A stretch of DNA of 64,000 nt from the NCBI GenBank assembly GCA_037134695.1, contig JBAXLU010000001.1, forward strand, positions 11,551 to 75,550, given 5' to 3'. A program made the position numbers and the translations under genes. Shown here piece by piece: positions 40,829 through 51,312 of the stretch. Position 1 is the stretch's first letter. Each line of letters opens with the position of its first letter. This DNA is from Candidatus Nomurabacteria bacterium (lineage in GTDB: Bacteria > Patescibacteriota > Minisyncoccia > Phycocordibacterales > UBA5272). The notes beneath the pieces are model-generated. The model had not been told where the DNA came from. It searched no databases and worked only from the letters and a program-made list of their open reading frames with translations.

Positions 40829-42616
40829 ATGCAACAAGAAATTCGTAACATCGCCATTATCGCTCACGTTGACCACGGCAAGACCACTCTTACAGATGGG
40901 CTTATGAAGCAGTGTGGTGTTGGTGTTGAAGGCCAAACAATGGACTCTAATCCAATGGAAAAAGAGCGCGGTATTACGATTACTGCGAAGAATACTTCTG
41001 TTCCATATAAAGGTGTAAAGATAAATATTTTGGATACTCCAGGTCACGCGGATTTCGGTTCTGAGGTTGAACGTGTTCTTCGCTCTATTGACTGTGTGTT
41101 GCTTGTCGTAGATGCCCAGGAAGGCCCTATGCCTCAGACACGTTTCGTATTAAAGAAGTCTCTTGAACTTGGTATTAAGCCAATTGTTGTTATAAATAAA
41201 ATTGATAAGCCAGCAGCTGACCCAAAGAAAGTTCACGATGAAGTTTTTGAATTATTTATGGAGCTCGGTGCTAACGATGAACAATTAGATTTTACAACCG
41301 TATATGCTATTGGTCGCCAAGGTATTGCAATGAGAAGTATGGATGATGAAAAGAAAGATTTAACACCATTACTTGATGTGATTCTTGAAAAAGTTCCAAA
41401 GGCAACAGGAAATATAAATAATCCATTTAAGGCGCAGGTGTTTAATCTCGCTTATGATAATTTCCTTGGACGTATGGCTGTAGCTAGAATTTATGATGGT
41501 ATAGCAAAAGTTGGTGAAGAAATTATTGTAAAGAAGGCAACTGGCGAAACAAGAAAAGGTAAAATTACAAAAATTTATACTTTTAATGGTATTGAAAGAG
41601 TGGATGCACAAACTGCTGAGGCGGGGGATATTGCTATGATCGCAGGATTTTCTGATATTTTTATTGGTGAAACTTTTATAAAAAATGCTGATCAGGAACC
41701 GATGGAGGCCATTCATATTGATGAGCCAACTATTGCTCTTCACTTCTTGGTTAATGATTCACCATTTGCTGGTAAGGAAGGAAAATTCGTAACAGGTCGT
41801 CAGATTCGTGATCGTCTTGAGAAAGAACTTGAAATAAACGTCGGTCTTCGTGTTGATTTTGATATGGATAAATATTTAGTTTATGGTCGTGGTGAACTTC
41901 ACATTGGTGTTTTGCTTGAGACAATGCGTCGTGAAGGTTATGAACTTCAAGTTTCACAGCCACAAGTTATTTTCCATGAAAAAGATGGAGTTAAGGAAGA
42001 GCCATATGAAGAACTTGTTATTGATGTACCAGTAGAATCATCTGGTATCGTTATGGAAAAGTTGGGACGCCGTAAAGCGATGATTACTGATATGTCAGAA
42101 AAGCATGGAGTGAATCGTATTAAGGCTGAGATTCCTACTCGTGGATTACTTGGATATCGTGGAGAGTTTGTTATTGATACAAAAGGTCTTGGTATTTTAT
42201 CAGCACGTTATTTAAAGTTTGCCTCATACGCTGGAGAAATTACTCGTCGCCTTGTTGGTTCTATGACTTCAATGGCGAATGGTAAGTCACTAGCTTTCTC
42301 TCTTTGGAATCTTCAAGATAGAGGAGTTATTTATATTCTACCTAACACTGAAGTTTATGAAGGTATGGTTATTGGTAATACTTCAAAAGGTGAAGAGATG
42401 ATGGTGAATCCAACAAAAGGCAAACAACTTTCAAACATGCGTTCTTCTGGTACTGATGAAGCCGTAACTCTTGTTCCAGCTTGGGAAATTACAATTGAAC
42501 GTGGTCTTGAAATTATGAATGCTGATGAATATTTGGAAGTTACACCAAAGTCAGTACGTTTGAGAAAGCAGCTTCTTACCGAGTCCGACCGCGCCAAAGC
42601 TGGAAGAAAGTCATAA
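40829..42616 (+). CDS. typA: Translational GTPase TypA/BipA
   Basis: AHVDHGKTT, DTPGHADF, GPMPQTRFV, GRGELH, EVYEGMVIG, LEVTPKSVRLRK. Confidence 0.97.
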   Translation: MQQEIRNIAIIAHVDHGKTTLTDGLMKQCGVGVEGQTMDSNPMEKERGITITAKNTSVPYKGVKINILDTPGHADFGSEVERVLRSIDCVLLVVDAQEGPMPQTRFVLKKSLELGIKPIVVINKIDKPAADPKKVHDEVFELFMELGANDEQLDFTTVYAIGRQGIAMRSMDDEKKDLTPLLDVILEKVPKATGNINNPFKAQVFNLAYDNFLGRMAVARIYDGIAKVGEEIIVKKATGETRKGKITKIYTFNGIERVDAQTAEAGDIAMIAGFSDIFIGETFIKNADQEPMEAIHIDEPTIALHFLVNDSPFAGKEGKFVTGRQIRDRLEKELEINVGLRVDFDMDKYLVYGRGELHIGVLLETMRREGYELQVSQPQVIFHEKDGVKEEPYEELVIDVPVESSGIVMEKLGRRKAMITDMSEKHGVNRIKAEIPTRGLLGYRGEFVIDTKGLGILSARYLKFASYAGEITRRLVGSMTSMANGKSLAFSLWNLQDRGVIYILPNTEVYEGMVIGNTSKGEEMMVNPTKGKQLSNMRSSGTDEAVTLVPAWEITIERGLEIMNADEYLEVTPKSVRLRKQLLTESDRAKAGRKS

Positions 42617-42727
42617 ATTATCCATCTACTTTGTCGCTACGAAATTTTTCTTCGTCAACGTAGACCTACTACGTCTCCTAGAAAAATTCCTAAGCTTCGC
42701 GTAGCTGGAGCAATTTCTGACTTTCTT
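42604..42727 (+). repeat. Palindromic element copy 4; its arm contains the typA stop
   Basis: aagaaagtcataaatt ... aatttctgactttctt; catctactttgt core. Confidence 0.85.
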
Positions 42728-42766
42728 TATAGATATTTTTTGAAAATTTTTTGTTATACTTATTAA

Positions 42767-43504
42767 ATGAACAATGGATTTGCAAATACTGGTCCTACAT
42801 CTACTGAATTAAGTCTAGGAAATAATGAAACTTCTCTAGAAAAAAAACAACAAAAGTGGGATGAGAAAATGGCTGAAATGGTGAAACCAGACACATATGG
42901 ATATGTTTTAGATGAAGGAATAAGAGAGACTGTTGTTGCACTGCAATTACTAGGATTTAATACAACTCAATCAGATCAAGGTAATTATGGTAATTCACCA
43001 TGGGTAGAAGTTAAAGGAGTAACACCGGAATATTTTTATAAAGGAGAGAAAGAATTAAGAGTTAGTACTATGTTGCAATTAGGGATTTCACCTGATGAAG
43101 TTGATGAACGTTCTCAATTTTTCAATAAAGAAAAACAGGTTGATCTTGAAGAAGGCGTAAGAAAAAAACTTATGAATGATAATGCTCCATACACTGAGGA
43201 GTATAAAAAGTGGAGAGAAGAAACTCTTATACTTGCTGAGAGGTTAGAAAAAATCATTAAAGAATTTTATTTATCACCACAAAAATCTACAGAACCCTCT
43301 AATCTACATGTTTATGTGCAGTTTCCTTACCGTACTCATAATCATCCTCCATATATACAAGATACTCCGTTTCTTAAAGTAAAAACAAGTTCAAATGAAA
43401 ATCTTTCTGAAGAAGAAAGAAAACAGCTAGTAGCACAAGCTAAAAATGAAATGATACAATTTACGGAATTCCTAAAGGATAGGTATTTTACTGATAATAT
43501 TTAA
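42767..43504 (+). CDS. Hypothetical protein
   Basis: 245-aa ORF; LDEGIRETVVALQLLGFNTTQSDQG segment. Confidence 0.7.
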   Translation: MNNGFANTGPTSTELSLGNNETSLEKKQQKWDEKMAEMVKPDTYGYVLDEGIRETVVALQLLGFNTTQSDQGNYGNSPWVEVKGVTPEYFYKGEKELRVSTMLQLGISPDEVDERSQFFNKEKQVDLEEGVRKKLMNDNAPYTEEYKKWREETLILAERLEKIIKEFYLSPQKSTEPSNLHVYVQFPYRTHNHPPYIQDTPFLKVKTSSNENLSEEERKQLVAQAKNEMIQFTEFLKDRYFTDNI

Positions 43505-43559
43505 AATATTATGAAATTGCTGTAAATATAGACAAATTAAAATATGTTAAACTTAAGTC

Positions 43560-44702
43560 ATGCTTCCGAAATCCTTAGAAGGTGATGAAAATAGACAAGA
43601 GGAAATTCCTCCTGAATCTTTTTCTCAATTACTTGCTTTTATAAATAATCTTGAGGTAATTTGTAGACCTCCACCAGAGGTTATTTTTGAAGAAGTTTAT
43701 AATTTAGTTAATAGCGTAATGCCTTATGATCTTAATGCTGCTGAAAAATATGAGAATAGTGTTCTTTTGGAAAGTGGTTTAGATGGATATAACCAAACTA
43801 GAAAAGTATCTTTAACAAACTATTTTAAACTTAATCGCTATGATGAATCTAAGGCAGTGTGCAAACATCAAGCCCTTTTAGTTTCAGTTTTAATTGAAAA
43901 ACTTGTTGAAAATCAAATACTCCCCAACGGGACAAGGGTCACTCGTGGTAGTAATATTGCTTATCTAAAAGAAGATGCCGATGGTCACGCTTGGACTGAT
44001 ATTTTCTTACCAAGGAATGTTGGTGAAAAAGAAAGAGTTTTTATTATTGATGTGGCTCAACATATTGTTGGTGAATTAGTAAATCTTAAAACAGGAAGTT
44101 ATATTAATGGTAAACAATGTAATTTGGGTGGGGAAAATGATGTTTGGTCAGATTCTAAGTTATGGCCGTATCAAAGATTTAATGATGGCGCATCCCCAAA
44201 ACACTTACAAGGAGCATATAGTTTAGTGCTTGAAAATAGACAGCCAGATTTTTTAAAAACAGAACAGCAAAGACATCTCATAACAAGAAATACGAGTGTT
44301 GATAAAGGATATGAATGGGCAGGAGTTGGTGATGCAGCCGTTGTTGTTGATTGGAATAAATATTACACTTCTGGATATAGTGAACTTGAAAAAAGACTTA
44401 CTTTTTCAATATATAAAAGAGTAAAAGAAGGTGATATCGTTATTAAAAAATATTTCTATAATGACTCTTCAGCGGAATCTCCAGAAATTAAAATACAAAC
44501 TGCTCAATCTTTTTCTGCTTTATATTTTTTTATAAATGAATTAGGCACTATACGTGGGAGTCGCCTTACCTATACACCAGAACAGCTTATAGATTTGATA
44601 GACAGGGTTAGAATTGGGAAATTACATTTAGATGTTATAACTTCATCTTTTGGAATACGTGATAAAGTTGAAGAATTACTTGGACAATTTGTAAAACCTT
44701 AA
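43560..44702 (+). CDS. Hypothetical protein with transglutaminase/papain-like Cys-His-Asp signature
   Basis: AVCKHQALL, GHAW, IIDVAQ. Confidence 0.55.
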   Translation: MLPKSLEGDENRQEEIPPESFSQLLAFINNLEVICRPPPEVIFEEVYNLVNSVMPYDLNAAEKYENSVLLESGLDGYNQTRKVSLTNYFKLNRYDESKAVCKHQALLVSVLIEKLVENQILPNGTRVTRGSNIAYLKEDADGHAWTDIFLPRNVGEKERVFIIDVAQHIVGELVNLKTGSYINGKQCNLGGENDVWSDSKLWPYQRFNDGASPKHLQGAYSLVLENRQPDFLKTEQQRHLITRNTSVDKGYEWAGVGDAAVVVDWNKYYTSGYSELEKRLTFSIYKRVKEGDIVIKKYFYNDSSAESPEIKIQTAQSFSALYFFINELGTIRGSRLTYTPEQLIDLIDRVRIGKLHLDVITSSFGIRDKVEELLGQFVKP

Positions 44703-44731
44703 TTTAAGAAATAATAGGTTATACTATCTTA

Positions 44732-45238
44732 ATGTATAAACACAAATTAACTAGTAAAGAAAAAAGGGGAGCTATTTATTTTTTACTAGTAATAGGTTTA
44801 TGTTTCATATCTTTATATGGATACAAATGTGTTTCTACAAAAGTTTGTCGGCCATCATTTTTAGAAAATATAGTTCGTAGAAATGTAGAGATTACTTTTT
44901 CGGGCGGAAAAATAAATGCAGTGGTTGCCGACACAAAAGAATCTCGTGAAGAGGGGCTTTCTGGAAAAATTAGTTTAGATGATGGAAAGGGGATGCTTTT
45001 TGATTTTGGTATTCCTGGAAAGTTTGGTTTTTGGATGAAAGACATGCTTTTCCCAATTGATATTATTTGGATTAATAGTAATGGCATTATTGTTGATATT
45101 GTGGAGAATGCATCACCAGAAGATTATCCTACGACTTATATAAATAAAGCGCCAGCGTCTTATGTTCTTGAAATTGGTGCAAATAAAGCAAGAGAATACG
45201 GTTTATTTTTAGGTAGTAAAGTAAATATTGGGAAATAA
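44732..45238 (+). CDS. DUF192 domain protein
   Basis: GLSG, GMLFDF, FWMKDMLFPIDIIWI, YVLEI. Confidence 0.92.
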   Translation: MYKHKLTSKEKRGAIYFLLVIGLCFISLYGYKCVSTKVCRPSFLENIVRRNVEITFSGGKINAVVADTKESREEGLSGKISLDDGKGMLFDFGIPGKFGFWMKDMLFPIDIIWINSNGIIVDIVENASPEDYPTTYINKAPASYVLEIGANKAREYGLFLGSKVNIGK

Positions 45239-45264
45239 TCTAAACTGGATAATCTGTAAAAGAA

Positions 45265-45289
45265 AATGCCACCCGTTAGGGTGGCATTC
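45265..45289. terminator. Terminator between the DUF192 gene and rnpB
   Basis: aatgccaccc-gtta-gggtggcatt. Confidence 0.75.
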
Positions 45290-45295
45290 TCATGT

Positions 45296-45691
45296 GTTCT
45301 TCATCTATAAGCCGAGTTCTGTATTTGTATAGACATTTATCTTGTCTCTACATTGCTGTAAAGATCTAGCGACACTCTCCCAACGCTCCGCATTGGGCGC
45401 AGAAGTACGCAGACTTAACGCTGACTGACGCAGAAGAATGCAATTTGTATTTTTCTGCGACCTTCTGCGTTCGTTCAGCGATGTTCTGCGCTTAATGCGA
45501 AGCATTAAGAGCACGGTCTTGCACACACGTATGTATTTAGCCGTTTCAGCCGGACTAAACCGGATCGTTTCTGTTCGCAACACAATGGTCACCCATGATG
45601 GGAATTACCCACTACGCTTGTTATGTAAACATAACTATGTGCTCGGACTTTCCTCACGATATTACTATCGCGCGTCTACCCAACAAAGAAC
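45296..45691 (-). ncRNA. rnpB: RNase P RNA with a repeat-derived insertion
   Basis: Minus strand GAGGAAAGTCCGAGC ... ACAGAACTCGGCTTA consensus blocks; P1 GTTCTTTGTT/GATGAAGAAC. Confidence 0.93.
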
Positions 45692-45762
45692 TTTATAACG
45701 ATACTACATTTTTACTAGTATGTCAAAGTTTTTATTTAGTATATGTTATAATATATATTAAT

Positions 45763-47037
45763 ATGATTTTCAAGAACTCAGTATTGCTCGCCATATTTTC
45801 AATGCTTTCGGTATTGCTTGGTATTGTTCGCGACAGACTTTTATCTACCCACGTTGGCGTTGGTCCAATTCTCGATATTTACAATGCATCCTTTAGACTT
45901 CCTGATTTTCTTTATGCAATGTCTTTAGCTTTTGTAACAGCAGGAACTGTTGTTCCTTTTTTAACTATTGAAAATAAATCAGGAAATGTTATTGATTCAC
46001 GTCACAGACTTTCATCCATCTCACTTTTCTTTGCAGGGGTCGCATCGCTTGTTGGTTTATTTATAGTGGTGACAATACCATTTTATGCACATTTAATCGT
46101 CCCTGGATTTACAGCGGAACAGACTGTAACATTTATTAATGTTACAAGAATATTAATGATACAACCGATTTTGCTCGGTATCACATCTTTGATTTCATGT
46201 TTCGCACAAATGAAGAATCACTTTGTTCTTTACGGTATTGCGCCACTTGGTTATTCTCTCGGAATCATCGGTGGCATTATTTATCTTTATCCTATTTATG
46301 GAGTGCACGGATTAATTTATGGAGTAATTATTGGCGCTATTATTTCTTTTTGTATTCAGTTGTATTCATTACGAGGAACAAAATTTATTGAAGTACTTCC
46401 ATATTTTTCTTTCAAACATATTAAAGAACTTTTCAGACTTTCATTTCCACGTACTGGTGTAAATGTTTTGACACAATTAAGAACTATTTTCTTCACAGCT
46501 TTTGCAACGACATTAGGACCGGGAGCTCTTTCTAGTTATTTATTTGCACAAAGAATTACTGATGCTGTGACACAAATTATTCAACAAAGTATTACAACCG
46601 CAAGTTTGCCAGTTCTCTCAAAAGAGTTTGTGGAAAATAGAATACATGAATATAGACGTGTTGTGAAGCAGTATGTTATTATTCTCGGTGCTATTGGATT
46701 TTTTGCATCGGTTACAATTTATTCTTTGCAAGATATTTTTATCACAATTTTATATGGGAATACTCCCGCACATGATTTGATTGCTTTCTTTTTGGTTGGA
46801 TTTTTGATTGCATTACCACTTCAGATGATGATTGGCTATTATTCTATTTCACTTTATTCTGCCAAAGACACAAAAAGTGTTTTTTATTCAAACTTTATTT
46901 CTACATTAGTTGCAGTTTTTGCTTGTTATTCAACACAACAATTAGGTAATATAAGTCTGGTTTATGGAGTCATTGCCATGACCGTTTCTAATTTTGTAGT
47001 TATTTCTCTTTTGTATACCAAGAAAAGACTACTTTAA
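45763..47037 (+). CDS. murJ: Lipid II flippase MurJ (MviN)
   Basis: LGIVRDRLL, DIYNASFRLPD, many TMs; start moved to ATG 45763 to avoid rnpB. Confidence 0.88.
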   Translation: MIFKNSVLLAIFSMLSVLLGIVRDRLLSTHVGVGPILDIYNASFRLPDFLYAMSLAFVTAGTVVPFLTIENKSGNVIDSRHRLSSISLFFAGVASLVGLFIVVTIPFYAHLIVPGFTAEQTVTFINVTRILMIQPILLGITSLISCFAQMKNHFVLYGIAPLGYSLGIIGGIIYLYPIYGVHGLIYGVIIGAIISFCIQLYSLRGTKFIEVLPYFSFKHIKELFRLSFPRTGVNVLTQLRTIFFTAFATTLGPGALSSYLFAQRITDAVTQIIQQSITTASLPVLSKEFVENRIHEYRRVVKQYVIILGAIGFFASVTIYSLQDIFITILYGNTPAHDLIAFFLVGFLIALPLQMMIGYYSISLYSAKDTKSVFYSNFISTLVAVFACYSTQQLGNISLVYGVIAMTVSNFVVISLLYTKKRLL

Positions 47038-47105
47038 AAAAGAAGCCCATATAAAGAATTTTCCTTTATAATTTCTCTGTTTTCGTGTAGTATGTATTGT
47101 ATTAG

Positions 47106-47224
47106 AAACGTAGTTGTTTGGATGTAATACGCGAAGCACGGAGTTTTTGGAAGAAGACGTAGTAGACCTACGGCGACTGACAAAAACTCCGTGCGACAAA
47201 GTAGGACGCCAAACAGGTACGTTT
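47106..47224 (-). repeat. Palindromic element copy 5, reversed, ending 5 nt before the lepA ATG
   Basis: aaacgtagttgtttgg ... ccaaacaggtacgttt; gcacggagtttttg/caaaaactccgtgc. Confidence 0.85.
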
Positions 47225-47229
47225 ACCTT

Positions 47230-49032
47230 ATGGAGATTAGAAACTTTTCAATCATTGCGCATATCGATCACGGAAAATCTACCCTAGCGGATAGGTTACT
47301 TGAAGTTACCTCAACTGTAGACAAGCGTCACATGAAAGAGCAAGTTTTAGACTCAATGGAACTTGAACGTGAGCGTGGTATTACAATTAAAATGACACCC
47401 GTTCGTATGAATTGGAAAGGGCATGACGGCAAGGATTATATTTTGAACTTGATCGACACTCCAGGACATATTGATTTTTCCTATGAAGTATCACGTGCTC
47501 TTCAAGCTGTTGAAGGAACTTTACTTTTGGTTGATTCGACACAGGGCATACAAGCACAAACTCTTACAACTCTTGAGATGGCGAGAAATTCTGGATTAAC
47601 AATTATTCCAGTTATCACAAAAATAGATAGTCCAATTGCGAGACCGGACGACGTGAAAGAAGAAATAATGGAATTACTTAATTGTGAGGAATCTGAGATT
47701 TTAGCGGTATCTGGAAAAACAGGTGAAGGTGTAAAAGAATTGATTGAAGAAATCATTAAAAAAGTACCAGCTCCAAAAAGTGAATTCGTTGACGCTAATG
47801 GTAAAGAAACTCGTGCACTTATTTTTGACTTTGAATATAGTAATCACATGGGTGTTATTTTGTATGTGCGAGTACTTGATGGAAACATAAAAGCAGGCGA
47901 CACACTTTTATTTATTCAATCAAAAGCAAAATTTATTATTCGTGAAGTTGGTACATTTTCTCCAGAGAAGCGTGAGACTGGAGTTGTACAAGCAGGTGAG
48001 ATTGGTTATATAGTCACTGGAATTAAAGAGCCAGGTATCGCTCGTGTTGGAGATACTGTTACAACATTTTCAAAACCGCTTCCTGCTTTTCCTGGTTATG
48101 CTGAACCGGTACCAATTGTTTTTGCATCTATTTATCCTGAGTCACAAGATGAATTTAATGATTTAAGATCTTCACTTTCAAAATTAAAATTATCTGACTC
48201 ATCTCTTACTTTTGAAGAAGAATCTTCCGGCGCGCTTGGTCGTGGTTTTAGATGTGGCTTTCTTGGAATGCTTCACTTGGAAATTATTACAGAGAGACTA
48301 AGACGCGAATTTGATCAAGAGCTTGTAGTGACTACACCATCTATTACTTATGAAGTGACATTAAAAAATGGTGAGGTAGAAATGGTTTATACGCCTATAC
48401 ATTTTCCTGATCATGGTATGTATACATCAGTTCGTGAACCATGGATTATTTTGACCATTATCACCCCACATGATTATGTAAGCCCACTTATGCAACTCTT
48501 TCCACCACATGAGGCTACAGTGTCAGATTTAGCCGATTGGGGGCATGATAGAGTCAAGATAACCTTAAATATGCCTCTTCGTGAGCTTATGCGAAATTTC
48601 TTTAATGAAGTAAAATCTGCCTCAAGTGGCTATGCTTCTTTGGTTTATGAAAAAGGGGAAATGCGACCAGCTGATGTTACAAGATTAGACGTTTATGTAG
48701 CAGAAGAAAGAGTGGCTGCTTTTTCTCGTGTGATACCAGAATACAGAGCGCGTGAGGAAAGTGAGGAAGTTGTAGAGAAACTTGAAAAGATTTTACCAAC
48801 AGAAATGTTCCGTGTAAAAATACAAGCTTACGTTCATGGAAAAATTGTTTCTTCTCGTTCTATTGCGCCAATGAAAAAAGATGTGACTGGGTATATGTAT
48901 GGAGGAGATATTACTCGAAAGATGAAATTACGTGAAAAGCAAAAAAGAGGGAAGGATAGAATGGAGAGAGAGGGGAAGGTACACATATCTCATGATACAT
49001 TCCTCTCCATGATGAAACCAGGAGAGAAGTAG
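47230..49032 (+). CDS. lepA: Elongation factor 4
   Basis: IRNFSIIAHIDHGKSTLADR, GFRCGFLGMLH, YGGDITRK. Confidence 0.97.
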   Translation: MEIRNFSIIAHIDHGKSTLADRLLEVTSTVDKRHMKEQVLDSMELERERGITIKMTPVRMNWKGHDGKDYILNLIDTPGHIDFSYEVSRALQAVEGTLLLVDSTQGIQAQTLTTLEMARNSGLTIIPVITKIDSPIARPDDVKEEIMELLNCEESEILAVSGKTGEGVKELIEEIIKKVPAPKSEFVDANGKETRALIFDFEYSNHMGVILYVRVLDGNIKAGDTLLFIQSKAKFIIREVGTFSPEKRETGVVQAGEIGYIVTGIKEPGIARVGDTVTTFSKPLPAFPGYAEPVPIVFASIYPESQDEFNDLRSSLSKLKLSDSSLTFEEESSGALGRGFRCGFLGMLHLEIITERLRREFDQELVVTTPSITYEVTLKNGEVEMVYTPIHFPDHGMYTSVREPWIILTIITPHDYVSPLMQLFPPHEATVSDLADWGHDRVKITLNMPLRELMRNFFNEVKSASSGYASLVYEKGEMRPADVTRLDVYVAEERVAAFSRVIPEYRAREESEEVVEKLEKILPTEMFRVKIQAYVHGKIVSSRSIAPMKKDVTGYMYGGDITRKMKLREKQKRGKDRMEREGKVHISHDTFLSMMKPGEK

Positions 49033-49177
49033 TTCCAAAAATGCTTCATCTACTTTGTTACGGGTCCCTGCTCGCTCGTCAATGTACTATTAAGTACTTC
49101 TTCTTTCAAAATTAACTTCGTCCAAGACGTGAACCTACTGGTTCAGCCTCGTATCTAAAGCATTTTTGGAACTACTT
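49027..49177 (+). repeat. Palindromic element copy 6, overlapping lepA stop
   Basis: Perfect 20-bp IR aagtagttccaaaaatgctt/aagcatttttggaactactt. Confidence 0.85.
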
Positions 49178-49283
49178 AAGTTCGAGATCTGAATAATATT
49201 AAAGCTATTATTATTCACCTAATATCTGAATCATTTTTAGTCCGATGGTAAGCCTAAAATATTTAGTGATATACTTTTAATAT

Positions 49284-49874
49284 ATGAAAACAATAAAGAC
49301 ATTAACACTGGTTTCTGTTCTTGTATTTGGAATGACTACCTCAGCTTTCGCATCATGGTGGAATCCATTTAGTTGGGGTTGGTTTAAAAAGAATTCTCCA
49401 AAAGTGCAAGTTGTTTAAACTGAAGTGGTAAGTTCAACTGAAAAAGTTAGTAATGATTTAACGACAGGAAATGCAACAGAAGAAATGAAGGGGTGGAAGA
49501 CTTATACAAATTCTCAGTATGGATTTGAGATTAAATTACCTTCTAGATGGGTAAATGTTCAAGATAAAGAGATTGTCGTTAATGATAAACATAAATATAT
49601 TAATTTTAATCTTAAAACAAAATCAGGAGGAATCGGTGCTGTTTTTTCAATAGACGTGTTTGCGGAGCAAGAGTGGGATAAATCAGTGAAAGAAGATCCT
49701 CTGTTTGGAGTGATAAAGATTGCAGAAAAAAATGGATATGTATTTGGATATACCAAAGGTCAAGACGATGGGGGTTATTTAGGCTTCCCAGAAGTTATAC
49801 CCAATGAAGCCTACAAGGGGCCTTATTATGATGTTAGTAATTTAATTATTCCAACATTTAAATTTATTAAATAA
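49284..49874 (+). pseudogene. Secreted PsbP-like protein interrupted by an in-frame TAA (49416-49418)
   Basis: Signal peptide ...SAFA-SWWNPFSW in the same frame as downstream WKTYTNSQYGFEIKLP. Confidence 0.7.
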
Positions 49875-49878
49875 AAAT

Positions 49879-50280
49879 ATGGTGTATTATGGACGAATTC
49901 CTTTTAGAAGACCAAAAAGCATTTCGACAGGACAGCTTGTTTTGTTGATGACAGCTTTTCCTTTTATTCTTGCTGTTTTATTTGTAGTCGCACGTGCTCT
50001 TACAAAATATGTAGTATGTCCAGCATTAATCAACACCAGTTCTCTTTGTGGAGGGTATTACAATGTAGGAATGTTACTGATTATATTTTTTACTTTTCTT
50101 ATAATTTCCTTCCTTATTTTTATAATTATAGTTGTAAAGAGATTTTCTAGTAGAAATAATCTTAAAAATCTTTCTCAATTTCAAGAGTCAAAAAATAAGA
50201 TTTTACAAATGGTAAAAGATTCTAATCCAAATATTACTGATGAAGAATTAGATAGAATAATGAAACAAGCAGGTGTTTAA
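49879..50280 (+). CDS. Hypothetical membrane protein
   Basis: Two TM segments. Confidence 0.6.
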   Translation: MVYYGRIPFRRPKSISTGQLVLLMTAFPFILAVLFVVARALTKYVVCPALINTSSLCGGYYNVGMLLIIFFTFLIISFLIFIIIVVKRFSSRNNLKNLSQFQESKNKILQMVKDSNPNITDEELDRIMKQAGV

Positions 50281-50282
50281 AA

Positions 50283-50372
50283 ATGCAGAACTAACGCGGA
50301 ATAATACAAAAAATAAAGGGTGACTCCTACGAAGCCACCCTGTATTTTCCATAAACTAGTAACCAATAACTA
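50283..50372. repeat. Hybrid element: CGCRGAA arm + AATAC-hairpin-GTATTT + TAACT arm
   Basis: atgcagaactaacgcggaataatac ... gtatttt ... taaactagtaaccaataacta. Confidence 0.65.
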
Positions 50373-50521
50373 TTTAATTAAGGCGATTAGTGAAAAACCA
50401 ACCATACCAACAATAGCTAGTATTGAAATTATGGCCCAGATCTTATGAAGAAGTTTTCTATTTTTTGATGTGAAAAGCATATATGTTTTTTTTGATATGT
50501 TAGAATAATACTAACAATAAT

Positions 50522-50914
50522 ATGAAAGAATATCAACAGAAGTATATATTGCGCACAGTCATCTATTCTAGAGTGACTATGGTTATTCTTTTTATTGTAT
50601 TGATTTTATTCATTAGGACTATAGTGGAATTAAATGACAAGAGGATAAGTGCTTCTAATTTAAGAGAGGAATCAAGTATTGATCGTAAGGATTTAGAGGG
50701 GAAAGTTACTAAAGCCACAGAAAAAGAAGATTCAATAAAAACAGATCGTGGTTTTGAAACATATGTACGTACAACTTACCCCATAGTCGGAAATGGGGAG
50801 GGTGTTGTAGTTATTTATGATGTACCGACTAGTCCAGTAACTCCAGTGCGTGAGGATATGACAGTTTGGGAGAGATTGCTAGTTTTGTGGCACCGTCTTG
50901 TGCCAACTAAGTAA
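50522..50914 (+). CDS. Possible FtsB/FtsL/DivIC-like septum formation protein
   Basis: Short N-terminus, single TM, coiled coil, GEGVVVI. Confidence 0.5.
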   Translation: MKEYQQKYILRTVIYSRVTMVILFIVLILFIRTIVELNDKRISASNLREESSIDRKDLEGKVTKATEKEDSIKTDRGFETYVRTTYPIVGNGEGVVVIYDVPTSPVTPVREDMTVWERLLVLWHRLVPTK

Positions 50915-50940
50915 GACCTACAAAATTAGAAAATTTCTTT

Positions 50941-51312
50941 GTGCGGGATAGGAGACGTTATACTATCGAAAACAAAATGATTACATTTTGTTTTAGAAAC
51001 CCACGGTTTCTAACGTTCATGAGCACACTCACTGTTTCCCGACCCATTCCCAGTTCGATTTTCACGTAAAGTGGTTTAGACCACTTTACTCTATCCCACA
51101 CAAAAAAACTCACTTTGTCCTTGTTTTGTTGTGCGGGATAGGAGACGCTTCGCTATCGAACACAAAATGATTACATTTTGTTTTAGAAACCCACGGTTTC
51201 TAACGTTCGTGATTACACTCACTGTTTTCCTCCACGGGAAACTCACGTTTCCCGACCCCTTCCTAGTTCGATTCTCCTATCCCGCACGTTCAAATAAGCT
51301 AAAGCTTTTTTG
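50941..51312 (-). mobile_element. Two tandem tRNA trailer elements (core B) bounded by copies of the tRNA-Gly 3' end
   Basis: gtgcgggataggaga at 50941, 51131 and 51312; inverted gttcgattctcctatcccgcac at 51266-51287; near-identical cores. Confidence 0.8.

Noticed and set aside
45305-45762. ORFs 45305-45592 and 45438-45698 and the N-terminal extension of murJ
   Set aside because: They overlap RNase P RNA; murJ has a better start at 45763.
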